From sequence record MN850568.1: a DNA stretch of 42,197 nt; one strand, given 5' to 3'. The notes under the pieces are model-generated. The model had not been told where the DNA came from and made no database searches. It was given only the letters and a program-made list of their open reading frames with translations. Source of the stretch: Escherichia phage altidsur. Each line of letters opens with the position of its first letter. Position 1 is the stretch's first letter. The position numbers and the translations under genes are program-made. Positions 1-9,575 of the stretch are shown here, piece after piece.

Positions 1-296
1 ATACGTTCGTGCAGCACACCAACATGGTAGCCCGGCAGATGCCCGGCACTGCTGCTGCACTGGGGTGGAGTCGTGATAACGATGCCCAGTTCCAGTTCAT
101 GATGCAGATGGGTTATCAGGCAGGTTCAAGCTGGTATCGTACCGATGGTGCGTACAGCAAACTGGCTGATGCAATCCGTGTTGGCGACCAAGAGAAAGCT
201 GTGCAGGCTCTGGCTGCGACCCCGGCTTATAAGCTGTCGCAGGACGAGCGTAAGCAGTATTACGTCCAAACTCTACTCGCAGGTATGCAGGAATGA
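1..296 (+). CDS. Internal virion protein B, C-terminal end (partial at window start; probable continuation of the ORF that runs off the window 3' end)
   Basis: Open frame from position 3 to the stop at 294-296. The ORF leaving the window at 42197 joins it in frame (2401 + 296 nt = 899 codons). ATGA stop/start overlap with the next gene. Confidence 0.6.
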   Translation, partial: TFVQHTNMVARQMPGTAAALGWSRDNDAQFQFMMQMGYQAGSSWYRTDGAYSKLADAIRVGDQEKAVQALAATPAYKLSQDERKQYYVQTLLAGMQE

Positions 297-3200
297 TTAT
301 CACACAAGAATCGCTCGACAAGTTCATGGCTCCCAAGCAGGGGGCCAACGCTCCCTCGCTGGTTATTCCAGCTCCCGTAAAGACTGCTGACCTCAGCACT
401 CCACTGCAAGATGCCACTCGTCAGGGTGCCGTCGAGCAGTTCGACAAGATGCAGGAACTGGAAGCAACTCCGATGGCCACGGCGTTGAGTGCTTCTGTGA
501 AGAACTGGGACACCACCCAGCTCTTTGATGCCGCGTTCAACAAGCCCACCTTCCAAGCTGACCCGGACTTCAAGCCCAACGAGGCATTGCAGAACGTACA
601 GTTCCCGGTGGGTGCAGATGACCGGACGTTCCTGTTCAAATCCAAATCCATGGACGAGTTCAACTGGCGTACCCAGCAGCTCCAAGAGATGCGTGAGCGT
701 ACCCAGTTGGCTCACACTGCCCCGGTGATGAACGCGGTTCTGCAATTCGCTGACCCGCTGTATCTCGCCACCGACCTGCTCTCGATGGGAGCAGGCACTG
801 CCCTGAAATTAGGTCGCCTCGGAACCGCCGCTGTCGGTGCAGCTTCAACTGCTGCCACTATGGCAGCGGTGGGTAACGAAGCACGCCCAGTGTCTCAGAA
901 CGAGATTATCTTCGCGGCTGCCCTGCACGGGGCAGCCACCACCGCGTTCTATCGTCCCGCCGCCGCGCCAGCTCGTCGCCTTGATGAACTGTCGCCGGAG
1001 GAGTTCGCTGCTGAGATGCAGCGCCGTAACGGTATCGACCCCAACAACCCGCCGCAGTTCGACCCGAACAATGCTATGTCGCCGCTGGCGATGTCGCTCG
1101 GTGTTGGCCCACGCGGTGCCGCTGTCGTTGACGAGGTTCCTGAATCCATCCGGGCTACGGCTCAGCGTGGACTCGACCTCGCACGCCGTGGCGAGCAGAC
1201 CAACCCTAAGCGTCCGTTCCTTGAGTGGTCACTGTTCAAGTCTTTCAGCCAGCACTCTGATGAATCAAGTGCTCTGGCCGGGCGACTGCTGGACGACCCA
1301 CTGAATCCGAACATGACCTCCGCTGCGTCTATCCAGCGCGAGACTCAGGCTCGCTTTGGTGTGCTGCTGAACCAGTATGAGGATACACTGCGCAACGCCC
1401 TGAACGCTGATGGCTGGAGCAACATCCGGCGCTTCCGCGACCCGGTAGGCTATCGCCGGGCGCAGCAGGAGTTTGAAGCTGCTGTGCGTCTGGAGCTGGA
1501 TAAGCGTATGATTGACCCCAGTTTCAAAGGCGCTAACCCAAATGTGGCCAACGCTGCCGACCGACTGGGGGAATACTCCCGTGCCGTTGGCCGTGAGCTG
1601 GAGAACAAGGGTATGGTTGAACCGGGCTTCGTTGAGAAGAACCCGTACTACTACCCGCGCCGGATGAACGTGACCAAGATTGAGCAGGCTGAGCAGTTGC
1701 TCGGCAAGAAACCATTCATGAAGCAGATGACGACTGCTGTGCAGCGCGGTATCGGTACTGACCGTCCGACTGCCAACGTCATTGCCCATGCTATGGTTGA
1801 GCGTGCTCGTCGTAAGGGTTACGGTATCGACAACTCCGGGATGATTATCAACAAGGAGGGTCGTGATGAACTACTCGAAATCATCGCGAACACGAAAGGT
1901 ATGGACGAGGCTGCCAAGGCCCGTGCGTCAGCGCTCCTTCGTGAGTCTGGCTCGGACGCTGGTAGACCGTCAATGCTTAAGAGCCGTATCAACATCGACA
2001 TGATGCACACGCTTGGCCCTAACTTGCAGGTGCGTGACCTGTTCGATGACAGCATCACCAGTATGATGGACAGCTACAACCGACGCATTACTGGGCGACT
2101 GGCTCTGCACGAGGCTGGATTGGGTACTGACGCTGAACGAGCTGCTGCTCGCGAGGCTCTGGCCAAATCTATCCCGGACAGCACTGCACGCCGCAAGGCT
2201 CTCGACCAGTACGACAACATCATGGCCTACTACCAAGGTGCTCCTGTTGGTGAGGAGATGCCGGAGTTCATGCGTCAGTTGTCGGCGCTGACTCAGGCCA
2301 CTGGTCTGGCTGCATCTGGTCTGTGGCAGTTGGTGGAATACGGCACGATGATGCAACGTTTCGGGGCAGTCAATACGTTTCGCGCCATGATGCGTACAAT
2401 TCCCGAAGCACGCGCACTATTTAAGCAAATGAGGGTGTCTACTAAGGAAGGTCGTCAGTTGGCACTTGATGCCGAGGAAGCTCTGACTGCGGCGGTTGCG
2501 AGTGATATTCGTATGCGCCCAATCATGCAGCACTATGACGACATGTTCTCTGCGGATAAGTCTCCGTGGGTCATGCGTATGGAACACCTGCGCGATGCCA
2601 CGATGTTCATCAACATGCAGAAGTACATCCACTTCCACCAGACTCGAACCAACGCTGCGCTCGTAATGCAGACGCTGCGCAAGGCAGCCGAAGGTGATGC
2701 CAAGGCTATTGCAGCCATGAAAACCTACGGTGCCAATGACGCGCTGCTGGCTGACATTCGCAAGCAGGTTGGTACTCATGGCACCAAGCCTGACGCTTGG
2801 GATGAAGGGGTGTTCAATCGCTCCCGCATTGTCATGATGAACGCCATGGATGACGCTATTGTTCGTGCTCGCGTAGGTGAGCTGCCTGCTTTCGCTGAGT
2901 TCAGTACCCTCGGCAAGTTCCTGTTTACGTTCCGTCGATTCGTCGCGGCTACGCACAACAAGACGCTGGTTGGTACTTGGAATCGCGAGGGTGCGCGTGG
3001 TATGGCTACGCTAATGGCGTACCAGTACCCGCTGGCGATGATGGCCACCGCTGCCAACAACGTCATCTCCGGCAAGGCATTCTCTGACCCGGACACTATG
3101 GCCCCGAACAAACTGGCAGGTCAGGCACTGAACTATCTTGGTGCTATCGGCTTTGCCTCTGAGTTCACTGGTGTACTGACCGGGCAGCAGCGTAGCTTCG

Positions 3201-3403
3201 GTGCGCCGGGCCTGCTGTTCCTCGACCGCCTGTATGGTGTCGCCGGGGCCACCTCTGCTACGGCAGGGAGTCTGGCTACTGGTGACATCGACCAAGCCGG
3301 GCATGACGCTCGCAAGGCTGCCGGGAACATCATTCAGGCTCTCCCACTAATCTCCATTGTGCCGGGTGTCCGAGCACTCAACGAAGCAGTTAAGGGCGAA
3401 TAA
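293..3403 (+). CDS. Internal virion (core/ejection) protein C, 1036 aa
   Basis: Very long ORF between the lysozyme-domain internal virion protein and the tailspike, matching T7/phiKMV gene order for the large core protein; ATGA coupling upstream, TAATG coupling downstream. Confidence 0.65.
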   Translation: MIITQESLDKFMAPKQGANAPSLVIPAPVKTADLSTPLQDATRQGAVEQFDKMQELEATPMATALSASVKNWDTTQLFDAAFNKPTFQADPDFKPNEALQNVQFPVGADDRTFLFKSKSMDEFNWRTQQLQEMRERTQLAHTAPVMNAVLQFADPLYLATDLLSMGAGTALKLGRLGTAAVGAASTAATMAAVGNEARPVSQNEIIFAAALHGAATTAFYRPAAAPARRLDELSPEEFAAEMQRRNGIDPNNPPQFDPNNAMSPLAMSLGVGPRGAAVVDEVPESIRATAQRGLDLARRGEQTNPKRPFLEWSLFKSFSQHSDESSALAGRLLDDPLNPNMTSAASIQRETQARFGVLLNQYEDTLRNALNADGWSNIRRFRDPVGYRRAQQEFEAAVRLELDKRMIDPSFKGANPNVANAADRLGEYSRAVGRELENKGMVEPGFVEKNPYYYPRRMNVTKIEQAEQLLGKKPFMKQMTTAVQRGIGTDRPTANVIAHAMVERARRKGYGIDNSGMIINKEGRDELLEIIANTKGMDEAAKARASALLRESGSDAGRPSMLKSRINIDMMHTLGPNLQVRDLFDDSITSMMDSYNRRITGRLALHEAGLGTDAERAAAREALAKSIPDSTARRKALDQYDNIMAYYQGAPVGEEMPEFMRQLSALTQATGLAASGLWQLVEYGTMMQRFGAVNTFRAMMRTIPEARALFKQMRVSTKEGRQLALDAEEALTAAVASDIRMRPIMQHYDDMFSADKSPWVMRMEHLRDATMFINMQKYIHFHQTRTNAALVMQTLRKAAEGDAKAIAAMKTYGANDALLADIRKQVGTHGTKPDAWDEGVFNRSRIVMMNAMDDAIVRARVGELPAFAEFSTLGKFLFTFRRFVAATHNKTLVGTWNREGARGMATLMAYQYPLAMMATAANNVISGKAFSDPDTMAPNKLAGQALNYLGAIGFASEFTGVLTGQQRSFGAPGLLFLDRLYGVAGATSATAGSLATGDIDQAGHDARKAAGNIIQALPLISIVPGVRALNEAVKGE

Positions 3404-5775
3404 TGGCGAACAGCTATAACACCTACGTGGCGAACGGGACGCAGACTGCGTTCCTCGTCACCTTTGAGCAGCGCGTATTTACGCAGATTCAGGTGTACCT
3501 CAACTCCACACTCGTGACGGAAGGGTACACCTACAACTCTGTGACCAAACAGATTGTCTTCTCGACAGCACCTGTCGCCGGGACAATCGTACGCCTGCAA
3601 CGCTACACCTCTGAGACGCTGCTTAACAAGTTTGGTCAGGACGCTGCCTTCACGGGCAGCAACCTCGACGAGAACTTCGAGCAGATTCTGTTTAAGGCTG
3701 AGGAAACTCAGGAGGCATGGCTCGCGCCGCTCGACCGAGCAGTCCGTGTCCCGAACTCCGAAGTCTCCATCAACGCATTACCGAACGTCGCTGGCCGCCG
3801 TAACAAGGCATTGGGCTTTGACAACGCTGGTCAGCCGTTCATGATTCCTCTGGTTGATATTCCTGACTCAGCTCTGGCCATTGCGCTGGCGATGAATGAC
3901 GGCGGTAAGTGGATTGGCACCCTTGGCGGTGGTACGTTCCTCGACCGTCAGGACACTGTGTGTCTGTCAGAGTTCACCAACAACACTGGCTATGCGTCCA
4001 TCGCTGCCGCTGTGCAGGCATGTTTCGACTATGCCAAGGCAAACGGTAAGGTTGTGGATGCACGCGGCTGGGAAGGCACTGTGGACTCCACGGTGACAAT
4101 GGATGGTATTGAGGTCGTCGGCGGTACGTGGCACGGTAAGGCAGATATTCGACTGATTGACTCAACGTTCCGCAACTTCAAGGCATCCACTGTGCGTGTG
4201 GCGTACTGGGGTGGCAAGGTTCGCATTGCTGACTATGAGTTCACCAGTGCGCCGAGCAACTCCAAAGTTACGTCAATCCTGTTCCAAGGCAACATCGCCG
4301 GGGGCAGCTACGTAATCGAGAACGGTATCCACCGTAACGGCAAGTTCGGTATTCTGCAACAGGGTACTGGTGAGGCTATCACCAATGGCATTATCCGCAA
4401 CGTCGCTATGATGGACATGATGGGTGATGGCATTGAGATGAACGTAATCAACAAGCACTATGACGGTGGCCTGCTGATTGAGAACATCTACCTTGAGAAT
4501 ATCGACGGCACCAACGCACCTATTCCACTGTCCAACTGGGGCATCGGTATCGGTATCGCTGGTCAAGGCCCGTTCGGTTGGGACGCTGCTGAGACTCAGT
4601 ACGCGAAGAACGTGACCGTGCGTAACGTCCATGCTCCGCGCGGTGTACGTCAGGTTGTCCACTTCGAAGTTACCCGCGACAGCGTGTGCGAGAACGTGGT
4701 CTGTAACCCTGACCTGTCCGTGTCCACTGGTACTGGCCTGTCTGCTGCTGGCGTAATCACGTACGGCTGCAAACGCATGACCATTGATGGCGTGGTTGGT
4801 GAGCCTATCAACACAGGTGCAACCTCCCCTAACGATATTCGTCTCGTTATGCTGGAGTGGGGTGCTAACCAAGCAGGTGCTGGCGGTACGCCGGGTGCTG
4901 CGTGTCCATCTTTTGACATGACCGTGCGCAACGTGCAGACCCGCACCGGGCGCTTCTATGCAGGTGTCGGCTCCGACGACGATAACACCAACACGTACCA
5001 CCTTGAAAACATTCACTGTTACAAGATGACGCTGTTCGGTGTGGCTACTCTGCTGAACATGACCAACGTTACTGGTGTCGTATTCGACGCAGTTGGCGAT
5101 GACTCCAGCGGCGGTACTTCGTCCAACGGTGTGTACCCGCGTAAGAAGACGTGCCTTAACATGGTGAACGTGAACTTCTACGGGCCGGGTATGACCGAGG
5201 GTGCGCTGTACAGTAAGGCTCGGTACTCGGACATCAGTACGCTGAACTCCAACGTCCGTGCAATCCCGTACACCAACATCCAAGGTAACGTTGGCGCTAT
5301 CCTGTCTCCAGTGAACCGCATCCTGACGCTGCCAAACAACTTGGCAACGCTGACAGGTGCTGAGTTCCCGACTGGTAAAGAGTTCCCGGAAGGTACTGTC
5401 CTGCTGAAAACTGATGGTTCTGGTGGTAACTTCATCGTCACCCAGTTTGGTGCCTACATCCCTAATGATGGCAACAACTTCAAGGTGCGTGCTGCTGCCG
5501 CTGGCCAGACGTATCTGGAGCAGAACCTGACTCCGGCTGGTACTCAGGCATCCACCTCGTGGCTGTACCACAAACCAATCTCTGCTGGCACCCGGTTGAA
5601 CATCCCCGGCGCTGGGCCGAGTGGCGGTACACTGACTGTGACGGTGGTGCGTGCTCCATATCAGGTGGACAACAACATCGGGAACCCGGTGCGCATCGAC
5701 ATCACACCGCCGCTGGTGACTGCTATCCCTGCCGGGACGCAGCTCGCCGCGACTTATCCGGTGGCTTACATCTAA
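3403..5775 (+). CDS. Tail fiber/tailspike protein with T7 gp17-like N-terminal anchor and a beta-helix (depolymerase-like) body
   Basis: The first ~150 aa resemble the conserved N-terminal adaptor of T7-type tail fibers by eye; the rest is Gly/Asn/Thr/Val-rich with repeated G-x-hydrophobic strands typical of right-handed beta-helix spikes; position after the internal virion proteins. Confidence 0.75.
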   Translation: MANSYNTYVANGTQTAFLVTFEQRVFTQIQVYLNSTLVTEGYTYNSVTKQIVFSTAPVAGTIVRLQRYTSETLLNKFGQDAAFTGSNLDENFEQILFKAEETQEAWLAPLDRAVRVPNSEVSINALPNVAGRRNKALGFDNAGQPFMIPLVDIPDSALAIALAMNDGGKWIGTLGGGTFLDRQDTVCLSEFTNNTGYASIAAAVQACFDYAKANGKVVDARGWEGTVDSTVTMDGIEVVGGTWHGKADIRLIDSTFRNFKASTVRVAYWGGKVRIADYEFTSAPSNSKVTSILFQGNIAGGSYVIENGIHRNGKFGILQQGTGEAITNGIIRNVAMMDMMGDGIEMNVINKHYDGGLLIENIYLENIDGTNAPIPLSNWGIGIGIAGQGPFGWDAAETQYAKNVTVRNVHAPRGVRQVVHFEVTRDSVCENVVCNPDLSVSTGTGLSAAGVITYGCKRMTIDGVVGEPINTGATSPNDIRLVMLEWGANQAGAGGTPGAACPSFDMTVRNVQTRTGRFYAGVGSDDDNTNTYHLENIHCYKMTLFGVATLLNMTNVTGVVFDAVGDDSSGGTSSNGVYPRKKTCLNMVNVNFYGPGMTEGALYSKARYSDISTLNSNVRAIPYTNIQGNVGAILSPVNRILTLPNNLATLTGAEFPTGKEFPEGTVLLKTDGSGGNFIVTQFGAYIPNDGNNFKVRAAAAGQTYLEQNLTPAGTQASTSWLYHKPISAGTRLNIPGAGPSGGTLTVTVVRAPYQVDNNIGNPVRIDITPPLVTAIPAGTQLAATYPVAYI

Positions 5776-5784
5776 GGAGAAACC

Positions 5785-6090
5785 ATGGCATCCGTGAACA
5801 AGCAGCTCGACGGGCTGCACCGGATGCTGGTGGAGTATCTGTCCGACCGCTTGGCCGACGCTCGTAGGAAAGATGAACACGGTAATATCATCGAACCTAT
5901 GGCGGCGGCTGAGCTGTCCGTACTTCGCCAGTTCCTGAAAGACAACGGTATTCAGGCTGACAAAGACCACGCAGATGACCTGCTGGCGCTGCAAGAGCAA
6001 CTGAATAACGAAAAGACCGAGGCAGGTCGTAAGGATATTATGACCGCTGCCATTAACTCAATCGCAGAAGATAGTGGGATGATGCACTAA
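5785..6090 (+). CDS. Terminase small subunit (DNA maturase A-like), 101 aa
   Basis: Small ORF immediately upstream of and coupled to the large terminase, similar in size to T7 gp18; RBS-like GGAGA upstream. Confidence 0.55.
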   Translation: MASVNKQLDGLHRMLVEYLSDRLADARRKDEHGNIIEPMAAAELSVLRQFLKDNGIQADKDHADDLLALQEQLNNEKTEAGRKDIMTAAINSIAEDSGMMH

Positions 6091-7850
6091 TGGATTTACA
6101 ACGCCGCATGGTGATGGCAGGAATCGTTCGCGCCCACTACGAGAACAACTTCCCGCTGTTCCTGCATGACTACTTCGCATGGCTGGGCTTTGACCTCACT
6201 GAAATGCAGCTCGACATTGGCCGCTACATGGCCGACAGGACGCTCAAGAACAAGTGCGTCATGGCGCAGCGTGGTGAGGCTAAGTCCACCATCGGTATTG
6301 CCCGTGCTCTATACGAATTTGTGCAGATGCCAAACGCCACTGTGCTGCTGGTATCCGGTTCGGATGACTATGCTGGCACGCTCTCGCACGCTATTGTGTC
6401 TGCCATCATGCAATGGGACAGACTCGAATGGCTGCGCCCGGAGACTCGCGCTGGCGCACGTACGTCATACACTGACGGCTTCGACGTGCATCACGCGTTC
6501 CGTATCCCTGACAAACAGCCCTCTGTAAAAGCGGTCGGTATCTTCGGCCAGTTGCAGGGGAACCACGTATCGCTGTTGATTGCCGATGACGTGGAGACTA
6601 CCAGTAACGGTAGCTCTCCAGCCAACCGCGCCCGTATCAACACCCTGACCAAAGAGTTCGCGGCTATCGCCAACGATGGTGCAGAGATTCTGTACCTCGG
6701 CACTCCGCAGACTCAGGACTCCATCTATAACACGCTCCCGCAGCGTGGCTTCGACGTTCGTATCTGGCCCGGTCGTTTCCCTACGCCGGAAGAAGAAGAA
6801 CGGTACGGCGGCTGTCTTGCCCCGTGGATTAAGCAGAAGATGGAAGGCCACCCGGAACTGCGTACTGGCTACGGTATCCTTGGGAACCGTGGTGCTCAGA
6901 CTGACCCTCAGCGTTATTCTGAGGAGAAGCAGCTCCAGAACGAACGAGATTATCAGCAGGCAGGCTTCCAGTTGCAGTTCATGCTGGACACGTCGCTGTC
7001 TGATGCGCTCAAACAAACGTTACATCTCAGAGACTTAATCTTCTTCCACGGCTCTACGCAGTCTGCGCCGGAGGTTCTGCATTGGTCTAACCACCCGCGC
7101 CATGCCGCCGAGCTGCCACTGGATTTCCCACTTGCTCGCGCTCAGCTATTCTTGGCTGCTGACTTCTCGGACACGTATGTACCATTCGAAAATACCTCGG
7201 CGTTTCTTGACCCTGCTGGTGGTGGGTCGGACGAATCAGTTATCATCGCCACAGCTTCTGTCGGCCCGTTTATCCACGTCATTGGTATGCACGTCTACCA
7301 CGGCGGCCAGACGGAGGAGAACATCAAGGCGGCGGTAGAGTGGCTGTCTGAGGTCGGCGTTAAGCGGCTGGTCATTGAGGATAACATGGGCCACGGAACC
7401 GTGACCAACATGTACCGAGGTGAGATTAAGCGGCAGGGCTTGACCATTGGCTGCGAAGGCGTGTACTCGTCCGGCCAGAAAGAGGTGCGTATCATCAACC
7501 GCCTCGGCCCAATCATGCAGCGCCACCGTGTCGTTGTGCATTGGTGCGTTGTTGAAGAAGACCTGCGGCTGTGCCGGGGGATGAATAACGGTGGTCGCGA
7601 GTTCAGCCTGTTCTGGCAGCTCCAGAACCTGACACAAGACCGTCAATCAATCCCTCATGATGACCGTATTGAAACCCTATCTGCTGCCGTGTACCTGCAC
7701 GCTGAGGTGCTACAGCAGGACGAACATGAAGAAGCTGCCAAGCGCGAGACTGCTGCTGCACGAGAGTTCCTTGCCAACCCCATGGGTTACGACGACTCGA
7801 AGTGGCGCAGCCATAAGCCTGTGCGCGGCGTGCGACGGAGACTACGTTAA
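6090..7850 (+). CDS. Terminase large subunit (DNA maturase B), 586 aa
   Basis: Same length as T7 gp19 (586 aa); ATPase-like segment (LLVSGSDD...LLIADDVETT) followed by a nuclease-like C-terminal half; position after the tail fiber and small terminase. Confidence 0.85.
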   Translation: MDLQRRMVMAGIVRAHYENNFPLFLHDYFAWLGFDLTEMQLDIGRYMADRTLKNKCVMAQRGEAKSTIGIARALYEFVQMPNATVLLVSGSDDYAGTLSHAIVSAIMQWDRLEWLRPETRAGARTSYTDGFDVHHAFRIPDKQPSVKAVGIFGQLQGNHVSLLIADDVETTSNGSSPANRARINTLTKEFAAIANDGAEILYLGTPQTQDSIYNTLPQRGFDVRIWPGRFPTPEEEERYGGCLAPWIKQKMEGHPELRTGYGILGNRGAQTDPQRYSEEKQLQNERDYQQAGFQLQFMLDTSLSDALKQTLHLRDLIFFHGSTQSAPEVLHWSNHPRHAAELPLDFPLARAQLFLAADFSDTYVPFENTSAFLDPAGGGSDESVIIATASVGPFIHVIGMHVYHGGQTEENIKAAVEWLSEVGVKRLVIEDNMGHGTVTNMYRGEIKRQGLTIGCEGVYSSGQKEVRIINRLGPIMQRHRVVVHWCVVEEDLRLCRGMNNGGREFSLFWQLQNLTQDRQSIPHDDRIETLSAAVYLHAEVLQQDEHEEAAKRETAAAREFLANPMGYDDSKWRSHKPVRGVRRRLR

Positions 7851-8518
7851 TGTCCTTGATTACCATCACAGACCAACAGCGGTATGACATCGGCTACCGC
7901 GCCAACATTGCTGCGAACCTTACGCAGCGTTTCGTGAACAACACGACCACTATCACGGCAGCTCAGGCTGCTGACATCGACACGGCCATCCAGCAGCTCA
8001 TGACAGCGTTGGAAGCGGCTGGGTATAGTTCCGTACCGGAAGGCTCAGTAATCGTCGCAGACGGCGCTACAGCGACTGTAGTGAACCAAGACGGCACTGT
8101 GTCCAAGTCGGGTACGGTTGAGGTCGATGGCTCTACTTATCAGATTCGATTCCCGGTGACTGTCGGTATGAAGTCCAACGGTGACTCAATCTCTGTGCAG
8201 AACGTGAACGGTGCCGCTGGCATTACGTCCACTTCCTTCGTGAACACCAACGGCGTGCTGCTGGCAGCCCGGCTCCCGGCGACGGTGGCCTGTATCTCCA
8301 GCGGTAACGGTATCCAAATCCGCAACTCTGCGGGTACGGCTATCGCCAACGCCACGTTTACTGTGTCCAACGGGGTAATCTCGTACGGCACCTTCCCTGC
8401 AACTATCGCTGCTGTGGCTAACGCCGCTGCACTACAGGTTCCGGTGACTGGCACTTACACCGACACTGCAACCTTCACTGTCGCTGGTGGCGTTATCACT
8501 GGCATCACCCTCTCTTAA
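7850..8518 (+). CDS. Hypothetical Gly/Thr/Val-rich protein (possible virion-associated or receptor-binding accessory protein), 222 aa
   Basis: ORF coupled (TAATG) to the terminase stop; beta-strand-rich low-complexity composition; no recognisable catalytic motif. Confidence 0.5.
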   Translation: MSLITITDQQRYDIGYRANIAANLTQRFVNNTTTITAAQAADIDTAIQQLMTALEAAGYSSVPEGSVIVADGATATVVNQDGTVSKSGTVEVDGSTYQIRFPVTVGMKSNGDSISVQNVNGAAGITSTSFVNTNGVLLAARLPATVACISSGNGIQIRNSAGTAIANATFTVSNGVISYGTFPATIAAVANAAALQVPVTGTYTDTATFTVAGGVITGITLS

Positions 8519-8529
8519 GGAGAATCTTT

Positions 8530-8724
8530 ATGGCACTTGTTGACTCTACCGCTGCTGAACGTGCGGAGTTCGTGGCAGCCTGTAATATGGCAGCCAAGTA
8601 TCTGAACGTTTGGACGGAAGACTACTTCTTCGACACCACCAACACCGAGCTGGTTGCTTACTATCAGACGTTCGTGACCCGTGTACAAACGGCGCTCACC
8701 AACCTCACTAACGGCGGCGCATAA
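8530..8724 (+). CDS. Hypothetical protein, 64 aa
   Basis: Short ORF with GGAGA RBS in the gap between flanking genes, same strand and tight spacing. Confidence 0.4.
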   Translation: MALVDSTAAERAEFVAACNMAAKYLNVWTEDYFFDTTNTELVAYYQTFVTRVQTALTNLTNGGA

Positions 8725-8734
8725 GGAGTAGAGT

Positions 8735-9223
8735 ATGAAACTGTCTCGGCTAATGGCCGGGGCAGTCCTCTCATTGTCACTGACATTGACGGGCTGCTCC
8801 GCAACTAGCGCACTGTCTGCTGTAACTTCGGCTGTCTCTCCCAACAAGCCGGAACTCACGGCGCAAGTCGGTGCAGAGAATACGAAGCAAGGTATCGGTG
8901 TGACTGCGAAACAGTCCGACGAAACAAAGGTCGGTGACGTATCAGGTAACGCGAAAGTGGATACCGCTAAGCAGGGTTCGAATGGCACTTCCGTCAAGGA
9001 CGTTACAGGAGGCTCTGTAAACGCTTCTAAGCAGGGGTCGCAAATGACCCAAGGAAACGTACAGGCTCGCACAGTAATCGTCTCACAGAGCGACCCACGC
9101 AGTCTCCTGTGGGCTTTCGGCATGGGCCTTACATGTATCCTTGGTTTAGTCATGTGGTTTGTACCATCTCCGTGGAAAAGGAAAGTGAAAGATGACGGAA
9201 GCAAAGAAGGAGCCAACTCCTAA
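8735..9223 (+). CDS. Lipoprotein with C-terminal transmembrane helix; unimolecular spanin (u-spanin) candidate
   Basis: N-terminal signal peptide ending in a lipobox (LTLTGC), Thr/Ser/Gly/Lys-rich extended middle, C-terminal hydrophobic helix (LLWAFGMGLTCILGLVMWFVP) followed by a charged tail; located directly upstream of the endolysin. Confidence 0.55.
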   Translation: MKLSRLMAGAVLSLSLTLTGCSATSALSAVTSAVSPNKPELTAQVGAENTKQGIGVTAKQSDETKVGDVSGNAKVDTAKQGSNGTSVKDVTGGSVNASKQGSQMTQGNVQARTVIVSQSDPRSLLWAFGMGLTCILGLVMWFVPSPWKRKVKDDGSKEGANS

Positions 9224-9575
9224 CATCCACTCGCGTATGGGTGCAGTGGAGGCTCGTATGCAATCCGTAGAACTTCGACTCGACAAGCACGAGGTACAAA
9301 TCGCCACCCTTGAAAAAGGCGACGCTGCAATGCTGGCCAAGCTCGCGGAGAACGATACCCGCTGGCAGACCGTTCAACAGCAGCTCCTTGTGGTTGAGCA
9401 AATTCAGGACATTCAGAAGACTATGAGCCATATCGGTAAGCTGTTTACGGCGGCGGCTCACGCTGTCAAATGGTGTCTCTTAACCGCATCCCTGTGTAGC
9501 GGTATCTACTTAGCGATTAAGGCTGGCGACCTCACGGCTCTCCAGTCCTTTATCACAACGATTATGGGGATGTAA
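9192..9575 (+). CDS. Lysis-cassette membrane protein with N-terminal coiled coil and single C-terminal TM helix (holin/antiholin/spanin-like candidate)
   Basis: ORF between the lipoprotein and the endolysin; heptad-like N-terminus, one hydrophobic helix (WCLLTASLCSGIYLAI); TAATG coupling to the endolysin start. An alternative start at 9237 would avoid overlap with the upstream gene. Confidence 0.5.
   Translation: MTEAKKEPTPNIHSRMGAVEARMQSVELRLDKHEVQIATLEKGDAAMLAKLAENDTRWQTVQQQLLVVEQIQDIQKTMSHIGKLFTAAAHAVKWCLLTASLCSGIYLAIKAGDLTALQSFITTIMGM

Noticed and set aside
2425-2450. Weak match to the promoter-like motif (ATGAGGGTGTCTACTAAGG) inside the internal virion protein gene
   Set aside because: Only partial identity to the 22-mer and located inside a coding region; treated as chance unless a genome-wide matrix scan scores it highly.
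3554-4226. Alternate-frame + and - ORFs inside the tailspike gene (3554-3844, 3896-4096, 3974-4165, 4029-4226)
   Set aside because: Nested within a gene whose main frame has clear protein-like composition; products are Arg/Ser/Pro-rich with no start context.
4273-6000. Long minus-strand ORFs (e.g. 4273-6000, 575 aa; also 34987-36048, 23498-24613, 41429-42196, 13105-13911)
   Set aside because: They run antisense to well-supported + strand genes, have low-complexity Arg/His/Val-rich translations and no RBS context; long antisense ORFs are expected in a GC-rich genome. All supportable genes are on the + strand.
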